From a virus, in IMG/VR virus record IMGVR_UViG_3300033074_002003: a stretch of 64,000 nt of DNA; one strand, 5' to 3'. Under the pieces are notes generated by a model. That model was not told the DNA's origin and searched no databases. It saw only the letters and a program-made list of their open reading frames with translations. Below are positions 53,832-63,630 of the stretch, piece after piece. Every line of letters starts with the position of its first letter. The first letter of the stretch is position 1. The position numbers and the translations under genes are program-made.

Positions 53832-54260
53832 ATGACAAAGATTGTCAATGTAGACGAAAAATTGCTCCGCAAGATCATCCGTGAGGAACTTGAAGCAGAG
53901 CCGCCAAAGAACACACTGAACCACGAAGAGGCAGTATCGATTGTCTCAGCAGCTAGCAAGCTTCTGGGTGCGGTCGAGGCATTCGAAGAAAAAGCACCGC
54001 AATCCGCAAAAGACCTGATGGCAAGCAGAGTACCAGACCTACGCAAAGCACTCGAAGACATGGTGACAAATCCCGGAGCTTACGTTTCAAGAGTCAACCC
54101 ACAGAACGTCAAAGTGTCAGACACAGCACAAAATATCGTAGATCCGAGTCCCGCCGTAACAGCATCACCAGCAGGCAAGAAACCAGTTCTCGATCACAAG
54201 ACAGCAACAGAGTCAATCAACAGGCGCCTGCGTCAGAACGCAAAGAACACCAAGACTTAA
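53832..54260 (+). CDS. hypothetical head-module protein with capsid-targeting-like N-terminus
   Basis: VDEKLLRKIIREELEAE motif is shared with 58390 and 59038 proteins. Confidence 0.35.
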   Translation: MTKIVNVDEKLLRKIIREELEAEPPKNTLNHEEAVSIVSAASKLLGAVEAFEEKAPQSAKDLMASRVPDLRKALEDMVTNPGAYVSRVNPQNVKVSDTAQNIVDPSPAVTASPAGKKPVLDHKTATESINRRLRQNAKNTKT

Positions 54261-54296
54261 CAACTTCGCAAATAGAGGGTACTTATCTTTCTGAAT

Positions 54297-54312
54297 GGTG
54301 ACGTTCGTCACC
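54297..54312 (+). terminator. short GC hairpin upstream of the portal gene (weak terminator or regulatory stem)
   Basis: GGTGACG tt CGTCACC followed by TTCAGACTTT. Confidence 0.3.
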
Positions 54313-54356
54313 TTCAGACTTTAAGGGCGGTGCGACAATGGCACGCTGGAGCGAAT

Positions 54357-56381
54357 ATGTCAACAAGGCAACGTGAGACTCTTTTTCGCAGGCTTACCAA
54401 ACTTTTCAAGTCTGGGCCCGTAGTAAAGAGAAAGGTAAAGCAGCAAGATACGAGGCAGGCGGGGCCCGATCCCGATAAGTCGTCAGCTGTTCTAACGTTC
54501 CAGAAGTCATATTCGCCCATCTACAACACGATCGTCAGTAATGCGTTCAACCTTTCAGAAAGGCTAGCGCGATACCAAGATTTCAACTCGATGGAAATGA
54601 CGCCGGAAATTTCCAAGGCGCTAGACCTCTACGCCGACGAAAGTGTGGCCCAAGACGATGTGGGACGTACACTTCACATCTACTCCGACAACCCGAAGGT
54701 GAAAGGTCTACTTGAGGAGCTCTTCTACGATACGCTGAACGTTGAATTCAACCTCAGACCGTGGGTGCGGAACCTGGTTAAATACGGCGACCTGTTCCTC
54801 TTTAACGACGTGCATCCCAGGTTTGGCCTGATCAACGTGATCCCGATCCCTGTGAATGAGCTCGAGCGCGAAGAGGGATTTGACAGGGAAGATCCAACAG
54901 CGGTCAGGTTTCGCTGGACGACGATGAACAACAACCTGCTCGAGAACTGGCAGGTGACACACATCAGGCTCATGAGCAATGACATGTTCTTGCCTTACGG
55001 TACGAGCATGATCGAGTCAGCAAGGAAGATCTGGCGACAGCTGATGCTCATCGAGGACGCGATGCTCGTATATCGCGTCGTCCGTGCACCCGAGCGTCGA
55101 GTCTTCTACATTGACGTCGGAAATACGCCAAATGATGAGGTGCCAAACCTCATGGAACAGGCGAGAATGAAACTTCGCACGTCACAGGTGATAGACCAGT
55201 CGACATCACGTGTAGATGTCAGATACAATCCCCTGAGCGTTGATGAGGATTATTTCATACCTCGGCGCGGAGCTGAGGGTGGAACAAAGATCGAGACGCT
55301 GGCGGGCGGGCAGAACACCGCTGCTGTCGAGGACGTTCAGTACATTCAGAGGAAGCTCTTCGCAGCACTGGGAATCCCAAAGGCGTACCTAGGCTACGAC
55401 GAGATGCTCTCCAGCAAGGCGACACTCGCTCAGGAGGACATTAGATTTTCGCGCACAGTGAACATGATCCAGCGCACTCTGATCTCAGAGCTCAACAAGA
55501 TGGCGATCATTCACCTTGCCGCGCACGGGTTTGACGGTGAAGACCTGCTGAACTTCCGACTTCACCTCTCAAATCCTTCTACAGTTGCTCAACAGCAGAA
55601 GCTTGAGCTCTACCGGACGAAGTTTGAGATTGCCGCTGCTGGACAGCAGGTCGAGAACCTCGTCGACATGCAGTTCCTCAGAAAGAAGATTTTGGGCCTC
55701 ACTGACGAAGAGATCGATGAGATCAAGTCTGGACAGCTTACTGACGCAGAGTTCCTTGCGGGTGTAGAAGCTGGCGGCGAGGGTGGTGGAGGCGGAGGTC
55801 TTGGTGGGGGAGGCGGCGGAGGTGGAGGCGGGGGTCCATTTGGCGATGAAGACGCTCCCGACGAAGAGGGTGCCGACACCGAAGATGAACCAGAGAAAGA
55901 AGAGGGTGACGATGTCGAACCGGGCGTCGAGCTCATCAGAAGCGGTGACGATGATAGTGGAAGCGGAAAACCGCTGAAAATCTCGATCGCCGACCCGTCA
56001 GCACCACTGAAGACAAAGGCTACCGTGTTGGGTGCGGCTCTTACGAAGAGGCGTCGCAAGAAGCACCATGGCAATGAGATCGAGCAGAGACCCGATTTCT
56101 TGAGGATGACGTCGATGAAGGGTCACAGAGACGACGATCCTTTCGATATGTCATGGATCAAGACATCCGCACGCAACCCACTGGGCGAGGGCCTCGCTCC
56201 GACCCTGAGCTGGAACCTCAGCTCAATGATCGATCGCATGGCGAAGAAGATCGGAATACGCCGCGGGTACACCGCGTCGCCAGTTCCTGCGAATATCCTC
56301 TCAGAGGGCGTTGAAGACGTTGAAATCGATATCAACATTGATGGCGAAGAACAAGACGATAGTTATGACGGAGACACCTGA
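54357..56381 (+). CDS. 20: portal vertex protein (T4 gp20-like) with a ~150-aa C-terminal poly-Gly/acidic extension
   Basis: LDLYADESVAQDD ~ gp20 VSEIVSDAIVYEDD; GGAG RBS 6 nt before ATG 54357; GGEGGGGGGLGGGGGGGGGGGPFGDEDAPDEEGADTEDEPEKEEGDD at aa ~473-520. Confidence 0.8.
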   Translation: MSTRQRETLFRRLTKLFKSGPVVKRKVKQQDTRQAGPDPDKSSAVLTFQKSYSPIYNTIVSNAFNLSERLARYQDFNSMEMTPEISKALDLYADESVAQDDVGRTLHIYSDNPKVKGLLEELFYDTLNVEFNLRPWVRNLVKYGDLFLFNDVHPRFGLINVIPIPVNELEREEGFDREDPTAVRFRWTTMNNNLLENWQVTHIRLMSNDMFLPYGTSMIESARKIWRQLMLIEDAMLVYRVVRAPERRVFYIDVGNTPNDEVPNLMEQARMKLRTSQVIDQSTSRVDVRYNPLSVDEDYFIPRRGAEGGTKIETLAGGQNTAAVEDVQYIQRKLFAALGIPKAYLGYDEMLSSKATLAQEDIRFSRTVNMIQRTLISELNKMAIIHLAAHGFDGEDLLNFRLHLSNPSTVAQQQKLELYRTKFEIAAAGQQVENLVDMQFLRKKILGLTDEEIDEIKSGQLTDAEFLAGVEAGGEGGGGGGLGGGGGGGGGGGPFGDEDAPDEEGADTEDEPEKEEGDDVEPGVELIRSGDDDSGSGKPLKISIADPSAPLKTKATVLGAALTKRRRKKHHGNEIEQRPDFLRMTSMKGHRDDDPFDMSWIKTSARNPLGEGLAPTLSWNLSSMIDRMAKKIGIRRGYTASPVPANILSEGVEDVEIDINIDGEEQDDSYDGDT

Positions 56382-56384
56382 GAC

Positions 56385-57248
56385 ATGAGCAGCAAAGCAC
56401 ACAACAAGCGTAGGAATGCGGGACTCCTGTACGAGTTTCTCTTCAGAGCCGCATCAACTGCGATCGTCGATGGCGATCACGAAAAGAGTGCAGCCGCCCT
56501 TGCGATCATCAAGAAGTATTTCAACAAGGACGGCGAGCTCTACAGAGAGTATCGGCTCTTCAATTCGTTGATGAAGGTCGAAGTGAAGTCTGAGGCCGTC
56601 GCGTCAACTATCCTTCGTGAGGCCGCGCTCGCGGCGAAATCTCTTCAGACAGAGGCCGTTCAGAAGAAGAAGACGGCACTGATCAACGAAATCAACAAGA
56701 CGTTCGATGATCCCACGTTCTGGGACGCGCCGATCGCTAACTACAAGATTTACGCTACGATCGGTACTCTGATCTCGGAGTGGTCAGAGCAGTCTGGCAA
56801 GGTAGACATTCAGAGGCTTGCGGAGCTCGAAGACAGGCTGGTATCTTGGCTCCGTGAGAACAAGTCAGCGGTGCAGGAAGCAGAGCCGACGAAGAGGGAC
56901 GGAACAGAGAGGCTTGCCCTCCGACTGGCACTCAGAAAATTCAACGAGAAATATGCCGGTACTCTACAGACAGAGCAAAAGGACATTATCAGGTTGTGGG
57001 CCCTGTCACACCAGAGCGGGAAAGCCGAACCTGTCACCAAGTTTCTCGCAGAGGTAAAATCGTCCACACTTGCAGCGATAGACGTTGCGGTAAAAGACCC
57101 CGAGCTGGCTCTTCTTCACGAGGGGATCAAGTCTACGCGTGAGAAGATCGAATCCGAAAAACTTGAAGAGGTGAATGACGAGACGGTCACTAGGTTTGTC
57201 CTCTATTCGCACCTCAAATCTGAGCTCACAAAGCGAGGGGACACATGA
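56385..57248 (+). CDS. putative prohead core / internal protein
   Basis: Between portal and prohead protease, ATGA coupled; helical K/E-rich composition. Confidence 0.35.
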   Translation: MSSKAHNKRRNAGLLYEFLFRAASTAIVDGDHEKSAAALAIIKKYFNKDGELYREYRLFNSLMKVEVKSEAVASTILREAALAAKSLQTEAVQKKKTALINEINKTFDDPTFWDAPIANYKIYATIGTLISEWSEQSGKVDIQRLAELEDRLVSWLRENKSAVQEAEPTKRDGTERLALRLALRKFNEKYAGTLQTEQKDIIRLWALSHQSGKAEPVTKFLAEVKSSTLAAIDVAVKDPELALLHEGIKSTREKIESEKLEEVNDETVTRFVLYSHLKSELTKRGDT

Positions 57249-57877
57249 AACTTCTTGAGACATTCGACGAATTTGAGTACAAGCTCATCACAGAGGCCGC
57301 GCCCGTACCTGTAGAAGTAGAGGACGAGAGTGGTAACAAGGTTTCGCTTCCTGGCAAGCCGAAACTCATGATGAAGGGCATCTTGCAGAAGGCCGATACG
57401 CTCAACCAGAACGGCAGGATCTACCCTAAGGCGATCCTAGAGCGCGAGATTCGCAACTACCAGAAGTTCATCAACGAGAACCGCGCTCTGGGGGAAATTG
57501 ATCACCCGGACTCTTCTGTTGTGGAGCTGAAGCGCGTCTCTCACATTATTCGCGAGGCACACATGGAGGGAAATACCGTCATCGGAACGGTGGAAATTCT
57601 CCCAACACCCTCGGGCAATATTCTACGAGATCTGGTCGAGGCGAAGGTGAAGCTCGGAATCTCGTCGCGCGGTGTCGGCTCTACGAAGAAAGACGGTGAC
57701 TACTACGTCGTTCAGGACGATTTCCAACTGATCTGCTGGGACTTCGTGTCCGAGCCGTCGACACCGGGAGCGTTCATGATGGCCGAGGGCAAGACGTTGA
57801 CTGACAGCGAACTGCGCAAGATCTTCAATAGGTCTGACAGGATTTCGCGAATCCTAAACGACATCCTGGACAAGTGA
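57245..57877 (+). CDS. 21: prohead core protease (T4 gp21-like)
   Basis: Position between portal and scaffold; collinear resemblance to gp21-family proteases (GEIDHPDSS..SSRGVGS). Confidence 0.65.
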   Translation: MKLLETFDEFEYKLITEAAPVPVEVEDESGNKVSLPGKPKLMMKGILQKADTLNQNGRIYPKAILEREIRNYQKFINENRALGEIDHPDSSVVELKRVSHIIREAHMEGNTVIGTVEILPTPSGNILRDLVEAKVKLGISSRGVGSTKKDGDYYVVQDDFQLICWDFVSEPSTPGAFMMAEGKTLTDSELRKIFNRSDRISRILNDILDK

Positions 57878-57901
57878 TCGCGAGCGGTGTAATGTACAGG
57901 G

Positions 57902-58393
57902 ATGAATATCGTAAAATTCCCTAACACAGCGCTTCGCGTCCCATGTGTCGATGTCTCGCGCGAAGATGATATCTCTGATCTCATAAAAGAGATGATTGAT
58001 ACGATGTATGCGAACAACGGCGTCGGTCTTGCGGCACCGCAGGTAAATGTGCACAAAGCGCTGTTTGTGATGGATTGGACGGGCGGAGACAGGAATGACA
58101 CTCTGACTGTCGTCATCAACCCCGTGATCATCTCACACTCTGGAGACGACCAACAAGTCTCACCAGAAGGGTGTCTCTCGATCCCTGGTGTATTTGCGAA
58201 TGTCAACCGGCGGTCTTCTATTGTGGCTACGTGGTTCAACGAAAAAAGAGAACCCATCACAAAAGAACTATCGGGCCCCGAAGCGGCGATTTTTCAGCAC
58301 GAACTTGACCACCTCGGTGGTATTGTATTCACAGACAGGTTGTCTCAGTTTGCGAAGAAGCTCGCATTCAAAGGGTATGGAAATCAGTCATGA
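57902..58393 (+). CDS. def: peptide deformylase
   Basis: Three PDF motifs GVGLAAPQV, EGCLSIPG and QHELDHLGG. Confidence 0.9.
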   Translation: MNIVKFPNTALRVPCVDVSREDDISDLIKEMIDTMYANNGVGLAAPQVNVHKALFVMDWTGGDRNDTLTVVINPVIISHSGDDQQVSPEGCLSIPGVFANVNRRSSIVATWFNEKREPITKELSGPEAAIFQHELDHLGGIVFTDRLSQFAKKLAFKGYGNQS

Positions 58394-58956
58394 AGATAAA
58401 CAGGAATGATCTGAAGGCGATTGTCAAGGAGTGTCTCCTTGAGATCATGGTAGAGGGCCTCGGTGCGCGGGTCGAAGAGAAGATCGAAGAGAGCTACGCT
58501 GCACAACCTCGACAGGTTCAGAGACAGGTTCAGCAGCCTCGCGAGCGCCGGCCACTCACCACACCTTTCACACCCGCACCCTCTGGTCGGCCTCGTGCCG
58601 CAGCCGCTCGTCAGTCGGCCGCAGTGAGCGTCTTTGCGGGACAGTCTGTCGGTGCCGTATCTCTCACAGAGATCCTGAAAGACACAGAGACAAATACGTT
58701 GCCACAGATGGCAGCGGCGCCCGATCCAGAAGCGATGATGGGAAGGGCACAAATGATGTATGAGGGGCCTTCATACGACGAAGACGGTCCGTTGCCGCAA
58801 CCCACGGCCGATGATCCGTACCCGGGTCTCACAAACATGTCGGAGGAACAGAAGGCGTCCGTGTGGGACAGACTCATCACGGCACCAACGCGCATCGTTC
58901 ACCCGCCTGCACCCGCCTCGATTCCAAGGGAAGTGTTGGATGCGAAAGTGGGTTGA
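58390..58956 (+). CDS. hypothetical head-module protein (putative internal/core protein) with Q/P-rich middle
   Basis: N-terminal NRNDLKAIVKECLLEIMVEGL amphipathic motif; ATGA coupled to def. Confidence 0.35.
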   Translation: MKINRNDLKAIVKECLLEIMVEGLGARVEEKIEESYAAQPRQVQRQVQQPRERRPLTTPFTPAPSGRPRAAAARQSAAVSVFAGQSVGAVSLTEILKDTETNTLPQMAAAPDPEAMMGRAQMMYEGPSYDEDGPLPQPTADDPYPGLTNMSEEQKASVWDRLITAPTRIVHPPAPASIPREVLDAKVG

Positions 58957-59037
58957 TCTGTCAGCACACTGCGATCGAAGCGATACTTATCTGACGTCTC
59001 CGGTCGACATCGCCCGGACTATAACATGAGGGAATCC

Positions 59038-59316
59038 ATGAAAACTGTCAAGCTTGATGCGCGTCTCCTGAAGAAGCTTGTCCTCGAAGAGGTCGAGAAG
59101 ATGAAGCTTGAGGAAGCTGACGCACTTGAGACCGTCGAGTCTCGTGGGGATGATGCCGAAGAGCTGGATGATGCCGGCGATTACGCAGACACGCTTGAGA
59201 AGAAGATCGACTTCTACAAGGCGAATAAGGTGAAGGAGCAGAGGATTCTGCGCAACCTGAAGACGCTTCGTGAGACCCAGTCGCGTCTCAAGTCTGAAAT
59301 TGCGAAGAAGCTCTAA
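59038..59316 (+). CDS. small acidic coiled-coil head-module protein (putative prohead core protein)
   Basis: MKTVKLDARLLKKLVLEEVEKMKLEE; GAGGGA RBS upstream of ATG 59038. Confidence 0.4.
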   Translation: MKTVKLDARLLKKLVLEEVEKMKLEEADALETVESRGDDAEELDDAGDYADTLEKKIDFYKANKVKEQRILRNLKTLRETQSRLKSEIAKKL

Positions 59317-59357
59317 GAGCTATCGATTTAGCGATTTCTGTACAAGGGAGATGAACC

Positions 59358-59855
59358 ATGCCTGGTCAGGGAAAATACACACAGTTTGATCCGATTCCCA
59401 GCAAAGATCCTGCTGTGGGCAAGGCTACGGCCAACGTCTCCCGTCTCCGCGGCGCGTTCAAGACGTCGCCACTGAAGAACGACGGCACGAATCGCACCGA
59501 AGCAAACAAGCGCGGTGAGGCTTTTCTCACCCCTCCATCAGTTGATGACGGTGGCTATATGTTCGGTGTCGTGGACCTCGATTACAAGAAGGCACCCGAT
59601 TTCAAGGACGTAAAGACTGGTGGCGCTGGCCTTCCTTCGACAGCTTGGTCACCGAACGTGAACTCTCCGGGTGAGGGAAATGGCGCTGATCCCAAGAAGA
59701 TCGATGCGATGGATCCGAAAGACGTTCCCGTTGCCAACACGTCGCTTGATCCCGCAGGTGATGACCTCATGAATCCTATCGAGGCATCGAAGCAGGTGTC
59801 TGCTGTGAAGCTCGGTGATGCGCTTGTCCCGGGCCGTCGTCCTGGTGCTGTCTGA
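59358..59855 (+). CDS. hypothetical G/P/D-rich head-module protein
   Basis: ORF with RBS AGGGAG. Confidence 0.35.
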   Translation: MPGQGKYTQFDPIPSKDPAVGKATANVSRLRGAFKTSPLKNDGTNRTEANKRGEAFLTPPSVDDGGYMFGVVDLDYKKAPDFKDVKTGGAGLPSTAWSPNVNSPGEGNGADPKKIDAMDPKDVPVANTSLDPAGDDLMNPIEASKQVSAVKLGDALVPGRRPGAV

Positions 59856-59905
59856 GGGCCGACTTTTCGATCGTTGAAGCTAGTTATCGAATAGGTGTTC
59901 AATAA

Positions 59906-61681
59906 ATGTCAAAATCTATGATCGAAGAGGCACTGATTGATGCGCAGAAGCTCAAGGAGCTTGCTGTTGAGAATGCGCGTCGCGATATCATAGAGAAGAT
60001 TACGCCTCGAATCAAAGAACTCGTCGAGTCTCGCATGATGGAGGACTCGTCTGCGGAAGATTCTGGCGGTACTTCGGAACTAGACGAGGATGACGAGGTC
60101 ACTACTGAATCAGGTGACTACGAGATGAGCAGCGAGTCGCTGAAGACGATGGCTCCGATTCTGCGCGCCGCAGGCGACCAGAACAGCAAGCTTGAACTCA
60201 GCGTTGCCAACCTGGGGGAATCTGTGCAGCGTGCACTTCGCGTCTCTGACACAAAGAGACAAGAGTCCGAATTTATTTCGGGGATCTCGCAGTTGTTTTC
60301 GACAATTCAGGATATCTATTCACACGTGCACGAGTCAAGGACTCTGACAACCACCCGCAAAGCTGCGCTGGAACAGAAACTCGAATCGCACTTTGCTGAA
60401 CTGAACGAGGGATTCAAGGAGATTTCGATGAAGAAGCTGAGCTTGAGAGAGGCCGATGAGATGCTTGACGCGGGTGCTCCTGATGCCGGAGCTGCTCCTG
60501 CGCCGGGTGCAGAGGACGCGCAAGAGGGTCCCGAGGGTGAAGACGTAGTCATCACGCTCAAGGGTCTCAATGGCGTCGATGCCGAGTCTCTCAATGTTGA
60601 GGTTGAGGTCGAGTCTCCTGATGAGGAAGAGGGCGAAGAGGGCGGTGCAGACCTCCCGGCAGCTCCTGACGCTGATGGCGGTGGAGACGATGTGTTTGGT
60701 GAGGGTGAGGAACTCTCCGGTGACACAATCCTCGAAATTTCGGACGTAGAACTGAAGAAGGAGATCGCTCGCATGCGTAGGTTGTCTGAGGGCGACGAAG
60801 ATGTCGGTAAGAGGGTTCCCGCAACAGGCAAGCCCAAGCACCCTGTCGAGGACTTCGGCGGTGGTTCGGATGACGGCGATCCGTGGCTCGATCACGATGT
60901 GACTGTCGGAATGGCACACCTCGCGGGCAAGCCGGGCAAGAAGCTCAAGGAGTCTGACGAGGACATGGAAGAGTCGCTCGAAGTCGAGGGTGACGAGGAC
61001 ATGACAGAGGCCGAGGATATGGACGAGTCAGATGACTGCGATGAGTCGCAGGAGTTTGGCGGCGTCGCCGAGGCAGCGAAGAAGAGTGTCGTTGCCCGTC
61101 AGCTGAAGGCCGAGAAGGCCCGTCAGCTCGAGTCGCAGAAGAAGATTGCAGCGTACAAGACAGAGGCACGCAAGTGCCGCGGAACAGTACGCGAGACGCA
61201 CCTGAAGAAGCGTGCGGCAGCAGAGTTCAATCGCATCAAGGAGTCTCAGGCGAAGGTCGCGAAGCTCTCGGGTGCACTGAAGAAGGGAGCGTCTAACAGT
61301 GGCGCTTCGAACAAGCTCGTCAAGGAAAATGCCGAGCTACGCAACAGCCTTGATGAGCAGAAGCTCTTCAGCGCAAAACTTCTCTATGCCAATAAGCTCT
61401 TGCAGACCGAGGGTGTCAAGATCACCGCAGACATGCGCGACAAGATCTACGATTACCTTGACTCGGCGGAGAGCCTGAGAGAAGCGAAGGAACTGTACGT
61501 GAAGCTGTCCAAGAAGCTCACGAGCTCGGTGAACGAGTCTGTACGGTCTGCAAAGGCCGGACTCATCGCCGGATCGTCTTCGAGGTCAGGACGTACCGCG
61601 GGCACGACTCTCAATGAGTCGGCAGATGCAGAGAGCGTCGAACTGGATCGCTGGGCGACACTCGCGGGCATCAAGTCTTGA
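59906..61681 (+). CDS. 22: prohead scaffolding protein (gp22-like, unusually long and acidic)
   Basis: Immediately upstream of the major capsid gene; coiled-coil plus poly-acidic runs (DEEEGEEGG, EEDMDESDDCDE). Confidence 0.55.
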   Translation: MSKSMIEEALIDAQKLKELAVENARRDIIEKITPRIKELVESRMMEDSSAEDSGGTSELDEDDEVTTESGDYEMSSESLKTMAPILRAAGDQNSKLELSVANLGESVQRALRVSDTKRQESEFISGISQLFSTIQDIYSHVHESRTLTTTRKAALEQKLESHFAELNEGFKEISMKKLSLREADEMLDAGAPDAGAAPAPGAEDAQEGPEGEDVVITLKGLNGVDAESLNVEVEVESPDEEEGEEGGADLPAAPDADGGGDDVFGEGEELSGDTILEISDVELKKEIARMRRLSEGDEDVGKRVPATGKPKHPVEDFGGGSDDGDPWLDHDVTVGMAHLAGKPGKKLKESDEDMEESLEVEGDEDMTEAEDMDESDDCDESQEFGGVAEAAKKSVVARQLKAEKARQLESQKKIAAYKTEARKCRGTVRETHLKKRAAAEFNRIKESQAKVAKLSGALKKGASNSGASNKLVKENAELRNSLDEQKLFSAKLLYANKLLQTEGVKITADMRDKIYDYLDSAESLREAKELYVKLSKKLTSSVNESVRSAKAGLIAGSSSRSGRTAGTTLNESADAESVELDRWATLAGIKS

Positions 61682-61722
61682 AATTGGCATAGTAAACAGG
61701 AAGGTTTGGAAAGGGTTTTCTA

Positions 61723-63630
61723 ATGAAGAAGTTTTCACTCGAGCAGCTCTCGGAAGGTATCCGAGACCGCAATCTCTCAGCTGATGGCAAGCGTCTAGTT
61801 GAGAAGTGGAGCCGCACAGGACTCCTCAGGGGCCTCGATGGCGTGAAGCGCGACAACATGGCGCGTCTCCTCGAGAACCAGGCAGCGCAGCTCCTCAAGG
61901 AGACGAACGCAATCAGCACTGGTGCTGGTGGCCTCACGTCTTCGGGACAGATCCAGGGTTTCGCGAACATCGCGTTCCCAATGGTTCGCAGGGTTTTCGG
62001 TGGCCTCGTTGCCAACGAGCTCGTGTCGATCCAGCCGATGTCGCTCCCGTCGGGCCTCATCTTCTACGTCGACTACACCTACGGTAACAACGTCGGTGGT
62101 GACTCTGGCGTGGCACTGAGCTCGGGCGCAACGACCCCGACATATCAGCGCGGACAGTCGATCTACAACAACCCGGTGGGCCGCGGCATTCAGTCCGGTT
62201 CTCTCGCGGCTGGTGGTATGTACGACCTCGTCGGTGACGGTTACTCCAAGGTTCACCTCAACAGCACGACCCTCTCCGGATCGAACGTCTGGACGGGCGC
62301 GTGGACGACCGGTCCTTCCGAGTCGTGGACCGCTTCGGGTACAGTCGGTGCAGCAACTGACTTCACGGGCACAAACGCGGTGAACGCGCAGTTCGACCCA
62401 CAGGTCGAGGCTGACCTCGCCTCCAACACGCTCGACTTCACGTTCGTTCACATCCCGGTCTCTGACTTCAGGACCGCGATCCCGAACGGCGACCTCACGG
62501 CCCTCGACCAGATCAACCTCTACGGTGTCTCGATCACCCAGGGCGCGACGGCATGGGGTTCTTCGTACCAGGCAGGTGCAGGCGTCCTGAACCTTCGCAG
62601 GCTCACGCGCCGCGGTAACTTCTCCGCGACAGCGAAGACGTTCACCGTCGATCCGTTCAACGGAACGCACATCCAGTTCGTGGTTCGCCTCACCAACGGT
62701 GGAACGGCTCCGAACGTCGGTCTTGCAAACTCCGTGTCAATGGCAACAGCTGACGCAGTGAGGAACGCAGACCTCGGCACGCCGGGCACCGTCCTGACGA
62801 TTCCGTCGTTCGAGTCTGACTTCGGCGCGACACCTTCTCCGGCAATCCCAGAGATTGACATCAAGGTGGAGTCGATCGCCGTGACAGCGACCACGCGCAA
62901 GCTGCGCGCAAAGTGGACCCCTGAGCTTGCTCAGGACCTCAATGCGTACCAGTCGCTGGACGCAGAGGTTGAGCTCACGCAGATCCTCTCGGAGCAGATT
63001 GCTCTCGAGATTGACCGCGAGATCCTTCAGGACCTCCTGATGCAGGCAAACGGCGCATCGCTCTTCTGGAGCCGCGCACCTGGCAAGTTCGTGAACAAGA
63101 TCACCGGCTCGCCGGTTTCCCTTGCGAACAGCCTCTCGATCGGTCCGGCATTCACCGGCACCGTGCGCGACTGGTACGAGACGCTCATTGAGACGATCAT
63201 TGACGTGTCGAATACCATTCACCGCAAGACGCTCCGCGGCTCGGCGAACTTCATCGTGGTGTCTCCGGACGTCGCGACGATCCTCGAGGCAAGCGTTGCC
63301 TACAGGCCGAAGGTTTCGATCGACGGCGACGGGCAGGTCTCTGCGACCTTCTCGATCGGTGCGGAGGCTGTTGGCACGCTCAACAACCGCTTCACCGTGT
63401 ACAAGGACCCGTACTTCCCACGCAACAAGATCCTTGTTGGGTTCAAGGGCGGCGGATTCCTCGAGACCGGGTATGTGTACGCTCCGTACGTACCGCTCAT
63501 CGTCACCCCGACGCTCTTTGCGCCGGAGGACTTCACTCCACGTAAGGGCGTGATGACCCGCTACGGCAAGAAAATGGTCCGCTCGGACTTCTACGGCGTG
63601 GTCACGGTTCTCGACATGAATATCATTTAG
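61723..63630 (+). CDS. 23: major capsid protein (T4 gp23-like)
   Basis: AFPMVRRVFGGLVANELVSIQPMSLPSGLIFYVDY ~ gp23 P(I/M)IRRVFP.LIANEIVSVQPM..P.GL.FY signature. Confidence 0.85.
   Translation: MKKFSLEQLSEGIRDRNLSADGKRLVEKWSRTGLLRGLDGVKRDNMARLLENQAAQLLKETNAISTGAGGLTSSGQIQGFANIAFPMVRRVFGGLVANELVSIQPMSLPSGLIFYVDYTYGNNVGGDSGVALSSGATTPTYQRGQSIYNNPVGRGIQSGSLAAGGMYDLVGDGYSKVHLNSTTLSGSNVWTGAWTTGPSESWTASGTVGAATDFTGTNAVNAQFDPQVEADLASNTLDFTFVHIPVSDFRTAIPNGDLTALDQINLYGVSITQGATAWGSSYQAGAGVLNLRRLTRRGNFSATAKTFTVDPFNGTHIQFVVRLTNGGTAPNVGLANSVSMATADAVRNADLGTPGTVLTIPSFESDFGATPSPAIPEIDIKVESIAVTATTRKLRAKWTPELAQDLNAYQSLDAEVELTQILSEQIALEIDREILQDLLMQANGASLFWSRAPGKFVNKITGSPVSLANSLSIGPAFTGTVRDWYETLIETIIDVSNTIHRKTLRGSANFIVVSPDVATILEASVAYRPKVSIDGDGQVSATFSIGAEAVGTLNNRFTVYKDPYFPRNKILVGFKGGGFLETGYVYAPYVPLIVTPTLFAPEDFTPRKGVMTRYGKKMVRSDFYGVVTVLDMNII

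Noticed and set aside
55610-56074. 154-aa Pro/Ser-rich ORF antisense to the portal gene
   Set aside because: It is the complement of the GGN-repeat poly-Gly tract and reads as poly-Pro. It is an artefact of the repeat.
59316-61722. Canonical T4 late promoter TATAAATA upstream of head genes
   Set aside because: It was searched for by eye upstream of the portal, scaffold and major capsid genes. Only loose matches were seen, such as TATTTATAC at ~30565, so late promoters are not called.
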